Shown one piece after another: positions 1-9,701 of a stretch of DNA of 64,000 nt. This DNA is from Candidatus Poribacteria bacterium (lineage in GTDB: Bacteria; Poribacteria; WGA-4E; WGA-3G): the NCBI GenBank assembly GCA_965215265.1, contig OZ244048.1, forward strand, positions 2,624,001 through 2,688,000, in the 5' to 3' direction. A program made the translations under genes and the position numbers. The notes below the pieces were generated by a model. The model had not been told where the DNA came from. It saw only the letters and a program-made list of their open reading frames with translations, and ran no database searches. Numbering within the stretch: the first letter of the stretch is position 1; the number at the start of each line of letters is the position of its first letter.

Positions 1-2
1 CC

Positions 3-1727
3 TTTACATTTCTAACCAAAGCGTTTGCCCAAGATTACACCCAATGGCATTTGCCAAAAGGTGCGCAAGCTCGACTGGGAAAAGGTTGGATAAACGACCT
101 GGTATTTTCGCCGGATGTAAATCGCCCAAAACTCGCCGTAGGAACAACCATCGGTATCTGGATATATGATCCCGATACGGCTAAAGAACTCGCCCTGTTT
201 ACAGAAAACGATATGGGCAACGTCAAAACAGTTGACTATTCTCCAGACGGCCTCTCTATTGTAAGTGGGCATTCGGACGGCACTATCAGATTATGGGATA
301 CAAGTAGCGCGCGGGTTATAAGAAGGTTCAGCGGCCACACCGGCGCGATTTATGCTGTTGCGTTTTCACCGACTGGCGATATAATTGCCAGCGGTAGCTC
401 AGATAAAACTATCAGATTATGGAATGCTAACACGAAGAAGTTAATCTCGATTCTACCAGGGTACGGCGGTCCTGTCTATGCAGTTAAATTCTCACCGGAC
501 GGGAAAATACTCGCAGGGGGCAGTGACGATACGTCGATCCGGATCTGGAATACCGGAACGGGCGAAGAGATGCACAAATTTACCGAACATAACGACGCAA
601 TCCGCAGTTTGGCTTTCTCGCCGAATGGGTTGATGCTTATTAGTGGGAGCGAGGATGGTACGGTTCAGTTTTGGAATCTCGTCGAGCCGGCCGGACAGAT
701 ATTCGCAGCAACGGAACACCAGGCTCCGGTTTACGCTGTCTCCATCGCTATGGACGGCGAAACCTTTGTGTCAGGTAGTGCCGATAAAACCATTCGGTTG
801 GGAGATACAAATACAGGAACTGTTGTGTCGACACTTGAAGGCCATATAGATTCGATATGGACGGTCGCGTTCGCACCGGATGGACGCACCCTTGCAAGTG
901 GCAGCTTGGATGGGACCGTTCGGGTCTGGGATACCCGGCTCCGCAACGCTATGGCGACGCTCAAAGGACATACAGGGAGAGTCAAGGCATTGGTGTACAC
1001 TGAAGATAACCAGATTCTCGCTTGTGGTGCAGCTTTTGACGGAAAACTCCGACTGTGGGATGCAGGTGGGAGTCAAGAACTATCTATCCTCGCAGAACAT
1101 ACCGGGTTAACGCAGACTGTAACGTTTTCATCCGACAGCAACAGGATTGCCAGCGGCGGAAGTCTGGATGGTACAATTTTGGTTTCCGATATCGGAAGCT
1201 TGGGTTTTCATGAAAACCGTCTGCAGACTGCTTTAATGGGAAACGACCACGGGATTACTGCTTTGGCTTTTTCGCCTCAGCGCAGCACCGTCGCTTGTGG
1301 CGGGTTGGATGGCAAAATTCATCTGTTGGACATAGATACGCGTAAAACATTGAAAACCCTTAGTGAACCCGAGAGTAGCGTTACTGCCTTGGCGTACTCG
1401 CCCGATGGCAGCACCCTCGCCAGCGGTGAGGCGAACGGAACAATTCGGATGTGGACAGTCCTCACAGCACAACATCGGAGTCTGCCAAAACCGTTAGCGA
1501 GTGAAGTGAGTGCCCTGGCGTTCTCTTCAGATGAACGTGTCCTGGCAATTGGCGGCGAAAATACTATCGCGTTATGGGATATTTTAAATCACAAGTTGAG
1601 TGCAATCCTTACGAAACATACGCGCAAAATTACCGCCCTGATGTTCTCTGAAGATGGTACCACAATTGTCAGCGGAAGTGAAGACGGCACAATCCTACTA
1701 TGGGATACAGACTCAGCAATTGAATAA
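3..1727 (+). CDS. WD40-repeat (beta-propeller) protein, 5' partial
   Basis: Many GH...WD repeats. The frame is open from position 3 (FTFLTKAFAQDYTQWHLPKGAQARLGKG), so the start lies upstream of the window. Confidence 0.93.
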   Translation, partial: FTFLTKAFAQDYTQWHLPKGAQARLGKGWINDLVFSPDVNRPKLAVGTTIGIWIYDPDTAKELALFTENDMGNVKTVDYSPDGLSIVSGHSDGTIRLWDTSSARVIRRFSGHTGAIYAVAFSPTGDIIASGSSDKTIRLWNANTKKLISILPGYGGPVYAVKFSPDGKILAGGSDDTSIRIWNTGTGEEMHKFTEHNDAIRSLAFSPNGLMLISGSEDGTVQFWNLVEPAGQIFAATEHQAPVYAVSIAMDGETFVSGSADKTIRLGDTNTGTVVSTLEGHIDSIWTVAFAPDGRTLASGSLDGTVRVWDTRLRNAMATLKGHTGRVKALVYTEDNQILACGAAFDGKLRLWDAGGSQELSILAEHTGLTQTVTFSSDSNRIASGGSLDGTILVSDIGSLGFHENRLQTALMGNDHGITALAFSPQRSTVACGGLDGKIHLLDIDTRKTLKTLSEPESSVTALAYSPDGSTLASGEANGTIRMWTVLTAQHRSLPKPLASEVSALAFSSDERVLAIGGENTIALWDILNHKLSAILTKHTRKITALMFSEDGTTIVSGSEDGTILLWDTDSAIE

Positions 1728-1777
1728 AACCAAACTGAGAGCGTTCGGCACAACCGCCCTCCAGGTTCCATTGACAA

Positions 1778-3166
1778 ATGGATACTATAAAACAAGCACA
1801 CTACAGCCTTGGCACAGCATATCTGAATAATAAGCAATACAGCGAAGCCGTTGATGCATTCCAACACGCAATAGCGCTTGATGAAAATTTCGCAGCAGCA
1901 CACGGGCAGATGGGACTCGCGTACTTTGAACTGAACGACTTTGAAAACGCTGCAAAGGCTGCGAAGGAGGCTCTCAGGAACGATAGTAACTATCAGCCAG
2001 CTCACAGACTCCTTGAAACCCTAAAACAGGAGTATTACGACCTGGGACTGGCTTCGCTTGCTACAGAGGAATACGCCCCGGCAATTCTCGAATTCACACA
2101 AGCAATAAAAATAGACGCGGAATTTATAGAAGCAATCCATGCGCTTGGACTCGCTTATTTGGGAGCACAGAAATTTGACGAAGCGAAAAACGCTGCTCAA
2201 GAAGCATTAAAGATTGATACCAATTATCAGCCGGCGAAAGCACTGTTGGAGACTATAAACCCGGCGAAAGAAGCCGAGGTAGCAGCGCAAGCTCACCACA
2301 AAGAGACCGAGGTAGCAGCGCAAGCTCCCTCCTCGGATGTTACAGCGAGCGAGCCCGGGCAACCGCCACTGCCACCAGAAACTCCCCTAAATCCAGATGC
2401 AACGCTAACGTCTTCGGAAAGCAAAAAGCACTATGAGCAAGGGATTGCCTTCCTAAATAATCAGCAATATAACCATGGGGTTGCAGCATTCAAAAAGGCA
2501 CTCAACTCGGATGCAAATTATAGGGATGCCCACTACGGCTTGGGACTCGCCTATCTGAAAGTCGGCACGCTTGATATGGCAGAAAATGCCGCGCAACAAG
2601 CACTAAACATTGATGAGAACTATTTACCCGCTCATCAGCTCTTAAATGATATCCAGGCCCTAGATGCAAAAATTGGAAGGCGGGCTTTGTGGCTAAAAAT
2701 CGGATTATTTATCGCGGTATTGGCAGGACTCATCGCACTTTTCGGAATATACAAAACTCACATCCTCAATTTTTTAACGCCTACACCATCCGCTGAATTA
2801 TCCATAACTGAAATACGGTTAGACGAACCGTCTGCTAACAAATTCCTTGATGGCGGCGAAAAAGCGTCTATTAATATTAAAATTGAAAACCTGGGAGGGC
2901 GGGCAAGAGGTCTGCATCTCCAACTGACACCCTCTTCATACCGTAATTTACGCTATAATCCGAGCACCACAATTCAAGAATTAGATGCAAATAGCGAAAG
3001 AATTATCACAATTCCTATTTCAGCCGATCGGAACGTTCAGGCACAAGCAGTCCTTCTGAAAATCCAATTGCTTGACAAAAATGGGGATGCGCTTACTGTA
3101 AAAAAACCGTTCTCTTTTAAGACGTTCCCGGATAAAGTGCCGGGCCCTTTTGCACCGCCCCGATAG
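1778..3166 (+). CDS. TPR-repeat membrane protein with C-terminal Ig/CARDB-like domain
   Basis: Repeated AHYxLGxAY TPR units, a Pro-rich linker, a hydrophobic TM segment (LWLKIGLFIAVLAGLIALFGI) and a beta-rich C-terminus. Confidence 0.85.
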   Translation: MDTIKQAHYSLGTAYLNNKQYSEAVDAFQHAIALDENFAAAHGQMGLAYFELNDFENAAKAAKEALRNDSNYQPAHRLLETLKQEYYDLGLASLATEEYAPAILEFTQAIKIDAEFIEAIHALGLAYLGAQKFDEAKNAAQEALKIDTNYQPAKALLETINPAKEAEVAAQAHHKETEVAAQAPSSDVTASEPGQPPLPPETPLNPDATLTSSESKKHYEQGIAFLNNQQYNHGVAAFKKALNSDANYRDAHYGLGLAYLKVGTLDMAENAAQQALNIDENYLPAHQLLNDIQALDAKIGRRALWLKIGLFIAVLAGLIALFGIYKTHILNFLTPTPSAELSITEIRLDEPSANKFLDGGEKASINIKIENLGGRARGLHLQLTPSSYRNLRYNPSTTIQELDANSERIITIPISADRNVQAQAVLLKIQLLDKNGDALTVKKPFSFKTFPDKVPGPFAPPR

Positions 3167-3240
3167 CGCCACGCCTCGCACGCGACATAGGGCAACGCAC
3201 ATATAAAGCGAGAAATTGGAAACTATATCGAAACAATCCC

Positions 3241-3489
3241 ATGAAAACTGACTACATCAGCACGGATGATGCCTGCGAAGAACTTCCGAAACTCCCCATC
3301 GCTGATCCGGCCGACTACAACGTCCTGACAGCCGAAAGCTGGGACACGCAGTGGAAGACGGAGGAGGCTTATCTTACAAGGATGACTGCTGCTGTCACGC
3401 AAAGGTTAGGCAGAGACTGCGTAGGCATTGAGTAGAATCCACGCTATATTAAAATCACGAAGCAGCGCATGGACGCAAGGCTTATCTAA
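3241..3489 (+). pseudogene. Internally deleted beta-class DNA methyltransferase remnant
   Basis: MTase-like N-terminus with a degenerate DPPY (IADPADYN) is joined directly to a C-terminal motif TAAVTQRLGRDCVGIE*NPRYIKITKQRM, with an in-frame TAG at 3433-3435. Confidence 0.7.
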
Positions 3490-3561
3490 CACGCAGACTT
3501 CAGGCAGAAGTCGTCCGCCAAAACCCTTTTTGAATATAGATTTGCTGTATACTACAACACC

Positions 3562-4440
3562 ATGTCTAATCATCATCTCTACTTTGGAGATAACCTCCCC
3601 ATTCTTCAGGAATATCTTGCAGATGAAAGTGTCAACCTAATCTACGTCGATCCGCCCTTTAACACAGGAAAAATCCAACAGCGAACAGAAATAGAAGTTG
3701 AACAAGACGAGCAGGGCGACAGAGTCGGCTTTAAAGGCAAAACGTATCGAACTATCAAACGGGACAGCACCGATTACCCCGATAAATTTGCGAGTTTGGA
3801 TGCATATTTGCAATTTTTGCGGCCGCGCTTTGAAGAGGCATATCGAGTACTACATCGGCATGGGAGTTTTTTCCTGCATCTGGATTACCGGGCAGTACAT
3901 TACTGTAAAGTCATGTTAGATAAAATTTTCGGGCACGAGTCGTTTTTGAACGAGATTATCTGGGCTTACGACTTTGGCGGACGGTCGAAAACTCGCTGGC
4001 CCGCCAAGCACGACACCATTCTCTGGTACGTGAAAACACCGACAGACTATACCTTCAATTTTGATGAAATAGATCGGATTCCGTATATGGCGCCTGGGCT
4101 CGTAGGGAAAGAAAAAGCGGCGCGCGGCAAAACGCCCACAGATGTCTGGTGGCATACCATCGTTAGCACAAATGGACGTGAGAAAACCGGTTACCCGACG
4201 CAAAAGCCACTCGGTATCGTCAACCGCATTGTCAAAGTACACTCATCGCCGGGGGATATACTTTTAGATTTCTTTGCCGGCAGCGGGACGCTTGGCGAAG
4301 CAGCCGCTCTACACAGCCGCTCCTCTATTCTCATTGATAACAATGCCCCGGCAATCAAAGTCATTATGAACCGGTTGGCATTTTACGGTATTGAACTCCT
4401 CAACGTGGACTACGATGCATTGATAAAACAACCGACCTGA
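3562..4440 (+). CDS. Site-specific DNA methyltransferase (N6/N4, beta class), orphan
   Basis: LIYVDPPFNTG catalytic motif, YPTQKP, and LDFFAGSGT SAM-binding motif. No adjacent REase. Confidence 0.92.
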   Translation: MSNHHLYFGDNLPILQEYLADESVNLIYVDPPFNTGKIQQRTEIEVEQDEQGDRVGFKGKTYRTIKRDSTDYPDKFASLDAYLQFLRPRFEEAYRVLHRHGSFFLHLDYRAVHYCKVMLDKIFGHESFLNEIIWAYDFGGRSKTRWPAKHDTILWYVKTPTDYTFNFDEIDRIPYMAPGLVGKEKAARGKTPTDVWWHTIVSTNGREKTGYPTQKPLGIVNRIVKVHSSPGDILLDFFAGSGTLGEAAALHSRSSILIDNNAPAIKVIMNRLAFYGIELLNVDYDALIKQPT

Positions 4441-4601
4441 CAAGCTGGGTTGGGCGGTTAAATATGTTAACTATAGATTAAAATTCTTCTTGAAGCAAAT
4501 CCTTTAGTGAAACACGGTTTCCAGCACACTACTAGGAATCTCTGTGGGTTCCGCACATTTTGTGCATCTGCCCTTGGTTCGTCCTCACGCTGCCCCGGTT
4601 C

Positions 4602-4698
4602 GTTGCACGCGTTGTTAGCATCGGTTAAGACTCAAAACATCAAAAGGCACTGAAAACGCAACCACAGTGTTGCACGCGTTGTTAGCATCGGTTAAGAC
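4602..4698 (+). repeat. Two identical 30-bp direct repeats around a 37-bp unique spacer (CRISPR-like mini-array or MITE ends)
   Basis: GTTGCACGCGTTGTTAGCATCGGTTAAGAC at 4602-4631 and 4669-4698. Confidence 0.85.
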
Positions 4699-5200
4699 CC
4701 TCCCCTCAAAATTTAGTCTGCCTAAGTATCTACTTAACCCGTTGTGTTATGTATGGTCGAATGCCCTCACGCTGTGCAAGCGTAGCACATCCCACCTCTT
4801 GGGCACCGCCGCCCGGAAACGCCTGAACGGGCTGGCTCTGTTTGACATCCTTCACGCCACTTTTCTTCGTGCCCCTCTGTTGGGCTGGGCCCTCTCTTCC
4901 AAGAAGCTCTCTAGATTGTCTAAAGCCCCCTGCTGTCTTTGTGGGAGAACTCGCCCTCTCTGCTCCTATTCGAGGGGACAGGCAAACGGCATGGGCATCG
5001 GGCAGTGGTTAACGTGTGGACTGAGTATGCTTTGATGATGCATGCATCTGAAAACGTGCGAATTTGTGGTGCAAAACGCATGAAAAATGCACGCACATCC
5101 CAAAAGGCTACCTCACATACACATTTTTTTTGAAAAAAAGTGAAAAAAAGCCAAAAAAAAGCACTTTTTTCCCAAAAATCATCATTTTTTTGATTTTAAC

Positions 5201-5229
5201 GTGACAAACGCATTTTCATAGGGTATAAT
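5201..5229 (+). promoter_or_regulatory. Sigma70-type promoter
   Basis: GTGACA-17 bp-TATAAT, preceded by A/T tracts. Confidence 0.6.
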
Positions 5230-5467
5230 TAAAATAACCTTTTACAAAAAAGGTGAAAGTGTTCTTTTAGCATTGCCACCGCAGGTTACAACTCGCAGAG
5301 GGACTGCTATATAATGGGTATAACCGCATTGGTTTTCTATTCTATCACAAATATAGGTATGGAAGAAAACCCGTGCGGTATATAAAAGGGAAACGTTTTC
5401 CCGTTGTCGCATAAAACATCACTGTTTTCTGGGACTTTTAAGCTAGCACCTCACAATGGATTTTTAA

Positions 5468-6115
5468 ATGTTTAAACGAAACTGGCTTTGGGCACTTGCT
5501 TTACTCCTTCTCATCGGCATCGGAAGTTTTGTGCTTTTAAAATCTAAAGCACCGCTGAAACCGATAAAAGTCTATAAGATGGGAACACCAGAACCGGGTC
5601 CAACAAAGACAAGTACGAGCGACACAGAAATTACCACACCACATAGCCATGAACCCAACGATAACCACCGCCATGGGCATTCCCATGAGAAGGTGTCGCC
5701 CTCCCACGTCGTGGAACCTGTTTCCAGCGATGGTGAGTATGATTGGCGAAATGATGGCGTGTTTGATGTATCTGAACAGCAAGAAGAGGCCTGGAAACCA
5801 ACGGATCCAGAACGTGAATTGCCTGACGCTGCTGAGGATACCTATCCACCTCGAGACTGGTACAAAACAGAAGATATAGAGGTGCGCGCCGAGTATTTTT
5901 ACGCCCAACTCCTCAAGCAATTTGGAGACATTCCAGAAGTTCATACTGTTGGCGAATACAATTTAAACGTTGCAAAAGGTGTGCCGCAAACGCTTCGTCA
6001 AATGGAAGACTACCTTGAAGCAAACTATCATCTCTTTCGGAATGATAAAAATAAAAAAGCCCTCGAAGAATTCTATAAACTAAAAGCATTAGGTGCAACA
6101 ATGGGTGCTAAATAA
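5468..6115 (+). CDS. Membrane-anchored/secreted hypothetical protein with His-rich linker and AQLLKQFGDIPEV motif
   Basis: N-terminal hydrophobic segment, HSHEPNDNHRHGHSH, and a motif shared with the next gene. Confidence 0.8.
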   Translation: MFKRNWLWALALLLLIGIGSFVLLKSKAPLKPIKVYKMGTPEPGPTKTSTSDTEITTPHSHEPNDNHRHGHSHEKVSPSHVVEPVSSDGEYDWRNDGVFDVSEQQEEAWKPTDPERELPDAAEDTYPPRDWYKTEDIEVRAEYFYAQLLKQFGDIPEVHTVGEYNLNVAKGVPQTLRQMEDYLEANYHLFRNDKNKKALEEFYKLKALGATMGAK

Positions 6116-6125
6116 GGAGGACTTC

Positions 6126-6914
6126 ATGAAAACGCTCAACTTTTTCGGTATCTCTATTTCTTTTATATTCGTTTCTATCTTCTGCTTAGCTGCTTTTTGC
6201 GGATGTGGCGACACAGGAGATGAGCCCGGGCATTCAAGCGTGAGCCTTGTCTCGGGAGATGAGCCCGGGCCCGGGTGGTATTCAGGAGTGAACCTTGTCT
6301 CGGAAGATGCGCCCGGGCAGCCAAAAGAGTCCCCTCTCTCGGAAAAATTCAAATGGCCCGCCGGCACCACCGGTGAGCTGTGGGAGCTCACAGATGCGGA
6401 TGTTGCCGAACTGTTAGCGATAAACCCACCTCCAGATTGGCCCCAGACAGCGGACCGCGAGTTGTATAACAGATATTATTTTGCCCAACTCCTCAAGCAA
6501 TTTGGAGACATTCCCGAGGTGCGCTACGTTATAGCGTTTCTGCGAAAACCAGGAAAAAATGTCACGATCAAGCAAGCCATCGCTTATTCTGAAGCCATAT
6601 ACCGTCTCTTCCCGAATCAAGTCAACCTAGAAGCACTGTTAGAAATCTCATCGGCTCTTTCTCCACCACAGAGGGATGCACGGACATGGATGAAGGAAGA
6701 TCCGGAAGGATACCTGGAACACATGAAAGAAGTATGGCTTATACATCACGGGGATATTCCCGAGATTCACACCTATGTGCATCTTGAACTCAAAAGATTG
6801 TTAGGCAAACACCTAACAGATGCAGAGCGTCGGGCAAGGAATGCGGCCGCCTTACATCTTCAGAAACTTAATGACCAACTTAGGGATGAACGCGATAATG
6901 ATAATGATGACTAG
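6126..6914 (+). CDS. Putative lipoprotein, paralog of the upstream gene (two GDIPE[VI] units)
   Basis: RBS AGGAGG before ATG 6126, lipobox-like AAFCGC, and motifs FAQLLKQFGDIPEV and HHGDIPEIH. Confidence 0.8.
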   Translation: MKTLNFFGISISFIFVSIFCLAAFCGCGDTGDEPGHSSVSLVSGDEPGPGWYSGVNLVSEDAPGQPKESPLSEKFKWPAGTTGELWELTDADVAELLAINPPPDWPQTADRELYNRYYFAQLLKQFGDIPEVRYVIAFLRKPGKNVTIKQAIAYSEAIYRLFPNQVNLEALLEISSALSPPQRDARTWMKEDPEGYLEHMKEVWLIHHGDIPEIHTYVHLELKRLLGKHLTDAERRARNAAALHLQKLNDQLRDERDNDNDD

Positions 6915-7096
6915 ACCTCGTGATGCTTTTTATCCTCGTTGTGAGCCAAGGTGGCTCACTTCGGCTGATGACTCCTGCCAGCCAATTTACCAAAAGTCAA
7001 GGGTAAAAGAATGACAAAAATCGCCTTGCATGTTGGCAGGACACATGCAAGGCAGTTACTTTTACCCTTCACTCTACATCTCATAAGGAGAAACAA

Positions 7097-7481
7097 ATGT
7101 TGAAAAAAAATATTGGGAGGTCTCTCCCTCCTTATCTTTGTGTCTGCTTTTACGACACCTTTACTGGTTATCACCAACACTGCCAATTCAACCGACAATC
7201 GCGTAGATTATTACCTCTATAGAGTCCACGTAACTTGCCCAGATGGCTCTGTCCTAACAAGTTATGATGAATGGAGAAGCGTTTCATGGACCGACAGCGA
7301 GCATCCGCCAGATTTTTTGGAGTGGTATGAATTTTGTACTGATGTCTTGATAAATGGCGAATGGGTCGAAGAGTGTGAATGGGAACTCGTACCTGTTCAC
7401 ACAGATCATTGGACAACGTACCGTCTCTATGATACTCCAACCGACATCACCGTCTATATAAGTGAACAAGCGTGTCGTTAA
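7097..7481 (+). CDS. Small secreted Trp/acidic-rich protein with 4 Cys; frameshifted at an A8 tract
   Basis: AAGGAG RBS and ATG at 7097. Removing one A from 7103-7110 gives the signal peptide MLKKILGGLSLLIFVSAF... in frame with ORF 7113-7481. Confidence 0.7.
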
Positions 7482-7562
7482 TCATTAGCGCCTGACGCTT
7501 GCGTTAGTATACAGCCAAACAGGTCGGCACTGCTGACGGAATTTCATAGCATCCCTAAAACG

Positions 7563-7594
7563 AAAGCAGCGTTACATCACGTGACGCTGCTTTT
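7563..7594 (+). terminator. Rho-independent terminator
   Basis: AAAGCAGCGTTAC-ATCAC-GTGACGCTGCTTTT hairpin with a T tail. Confidence 0.75.
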
Positions 7595-7610
7595 GTCTTT
7601 TATACTAAAA

Positions 7611-7639
7611 TTGACAACTGCACTGGTATAGGGTATAAT
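7611..7639 (+). promoter_or_regulatory. Consensus sigma70 promoter of dusB-dapF-dapA
   Basis: TTGACA-17 bp-TATAAT, a perfect consensus. Confidence 0.8.
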
Positions 7640-7713
7640 AATTTAATGCAAAAGGACACATAGCACAACGCTTAGCGTCTCAAAACCAGGATACGGAAGA
7701 TAAAATCGCAACG

Positions 7714-8706
7714 ATGTTAACAATTGGTAACCTCCACATCCCCCATTTTCCCCTCCTCCTTGCACCGATGGAAGATGTAAGCGATCCGCCCTTTCGCGCT
7801 GTCTGCAAAGAGAACGGGGCAGATCTGATGTATACAGAATTCATTTCCTCTGAAGCGTTAATCCGATCCGCGGCGCAAAGTGTCGCGAAATTAGACATCT
7901 TTGAAGCCGAAAAACCGATTGGCATCCAAATATTTGGGCACGATATTGAATCCATGCGTGCATCTGTGGAAATTACGGAACGTGTGCAACCGGATATCAT
8001 TGACATTAACTATGGCTGTCCTGTGAAAAAAGTGACGTGTAAAGGCGCGGGCGCGGGCATTTTGCAAGACATCCCCAAGATGGTGAAAATGACCTCCGAA
8101 ATCGTAAAAACCACCCTATTGCCAGTCACTGTTAAAACGCGACTCGGATGGGACGAAAACACAAAATACATCGTTGAAGTTGCCGAACGTTTACAAGATG
8201 TCGGCATCCAAGCCATCTCAATTCATGGGCGCACCCGTCAGCAGATGTATAAGGGCAGCGCGGATTGGACGCTTATTGGCAGCATCAAAGACAACCCGCG
8301 TATGCGAATCCCGGTTTTTGGCAACGGCGACGTGGACACCCCACAGAAAGCTGAACAGATGCGTCGACAATACGGTGTGGATGGCATCATGATCGGTCGT
8401 GCCGCGATTGGTTACCCGTGGATTTTCAACGAGATCAAACACTATTTCGCTACCGGTGAACGACTCCCGCTGCCTGCAATAGATGAGCGTATCGCTGTGT
8501 TTAGGAAGCACCTGGATTTGTCTATTGAATGGAAGGGCTTACGACTCGGGCTGGTTGAGATGCGTCGCCACTACGGAAACTATTTCAAAGGCATTCCACA
8601 CGTGAAACCCTTTCGCTCGCGTTTAGTGAGCTGCAATAGTTACGGCGGCGTTTTGGATATTGTCGAGGAACTCCGGGTGCACGCACACAAAAACGGCTTG
8701 ACCTAA
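7714..8706 (+). CDS. dusB: tRNA-dihydrouridine synthase B
   Basis: LAPMEDV, DINYGCP, VKTRLGW, HGRTR, GNGD and MIGR motifs. Confidence 0.93.
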   Translation: MLTIGNLHIPHFPLLLAPMEDVSDPPFRAVCKENGADLMYTEFISSEALIRSAAQSVAKLDIFEAEKPIGIQIFGHDIESMRASVEITERVQPDIIDINYGCPVKKVTCKGAGAGILQDIPKMVKMTSEIVKTTLLPVTVKTRLGWDENTKYIVEVAERLQDVGIQAISIHGRTRQQMYKGSADWTLIGSIKDNPRMRIPVFGNGDVDTPQKAEQMRRQYGVDGIMIGRAAIGYPWIFNEIKHYFATGERLPLPAIDERIAVFRKHLDLSIEWKGLRLGLVEMRRHYGNYFKGIPHVKPFRSRLVSCNSYGGVLDIVEELRVHAHKNGLT

Positions 8707-8822
8707 AAATAAAATTATTTTATAATATTCGGAAAGCTGTAGTCTCGTTGAAGGCCTGTGAAAACCCCGACAACCGGGCACTAGACAAATATAATTGTTT
8801 CGGAGAACCAATACCAAAAACC

Positions 8823-9647
8823 ATGAATAAAATACCCTTTATGAAACTCAGCGGTGCCGGCAATGATTTCATCATCATAGATAACCTGGACGGAATTGTC
8901 GACAGCAACAACAAAGAGTTCGTCAAAAAAGTGTGCGAGCGCCGTATGTCAGTGGGAGCTGATGGCGTGCTACTCGTTGAAAACGCTGATGACGTTGATT
9001 TTCGGATGCGCTACTTCAATGCTGACGGCGGCGAGGTAGAAACATGTGGAAACGGTGCACGTTGCATCTCCAAATTCGCTTATCTTAACGGCATCGCCTC
9101 TCACTGCATGCGATTCCTGACGAACGCAGGCATCTATGAAGCGGAGATAGTCGGAAACAACGTTAAGGTACGCATGAGCGATCCGACGGATATTCGGCTT
9201 AATGTCCCACTCCACTTGGAGGACCGGACTTATCATGTCGGTTTCGCGAATAGCGGTGTCCCCCATGTTGTTTTCTTTGTAGAAGACTTAGAACGGACAG
9301 ATGTTTTTCAACGGGGGCGAGAAACGCGTTATCACGATGATTTCAAACCCTCCGGGACCAATGCTAATTTTATCCGCATCCACTCTCCAGAATTGCTCTA
9401 TATCCGGACCTATGAACGCGGTGTTGAAGATGAAACACTTGCTTGTGGTACCGGCTCTATTGCCTCGGCTGTGGTCGCTGCGGCGTTAGGAAAAGTTAAT
9501 GCACCAGTGGCTGTTAAGACAGCCAGCGGTGCCATCTTAAAGATCCATTTTGACCTGATCGACAAGGAACCGCGGAATGTCTATCTTGAAGGAGACGCTC
9601 GCGTAATCTACGTCGGTGAACTGACAACCGACGCATGGAAGTACTAA
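8823..9647 (+). CDS. dapF: Diaminopimelate epimerase
   Basis: GAGNDF, ETCGNGARC and ERGVEDETLACGTG motifs. Confidence 0.96.
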   Translation: MNKIPFMKLSGAGNDFIIIDNLDGIVDSNNKEFVKKVCERRMSVGADGVLLVENADDVDFRMRYFNADGGEVETCGNGARCISKFAYLNGIASHCMRFLTNAGIYEAEIVGNNVKVRMSDPTDIRLNVPLHLEDRTYHVGFANSGVPHVVFFVEDLERTDVFQRGRETRYHDDFKPSGTNANFIRIHSPELLYIRTYERGVEDETLACGTGSIASAVVAAALGKVNAPVAVKTASGAILKIHFDLIDKEPRNVYLEGDARVIYVGELTTDAWKY

Positions 9648-9701
9648 CAGGACGCACCGGGGAGGCACGACTCCCCGCTCATTAATGAAAGGGGACTTTA
9701 A

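Noticed and set aside
2274-2327. 21-bp direct repeat (33-bp offset) in the TPR protein linker
   Set aside because: Ordinary short in-frame duplication in a low-complexity linker.
4731-4741. CTTAACC partial reverse complement of the 30-bp repeat as an anti-repeat/tracrRNA
   Set aside because: Only 7 matching bases, and no class 2 effector nearby.
4667-5133. ORFs of 122 and 64 aa in the intergenic gap
   Set aside because: No RBS, no recognisable motifs, overlap with the repeat; probably spurious.
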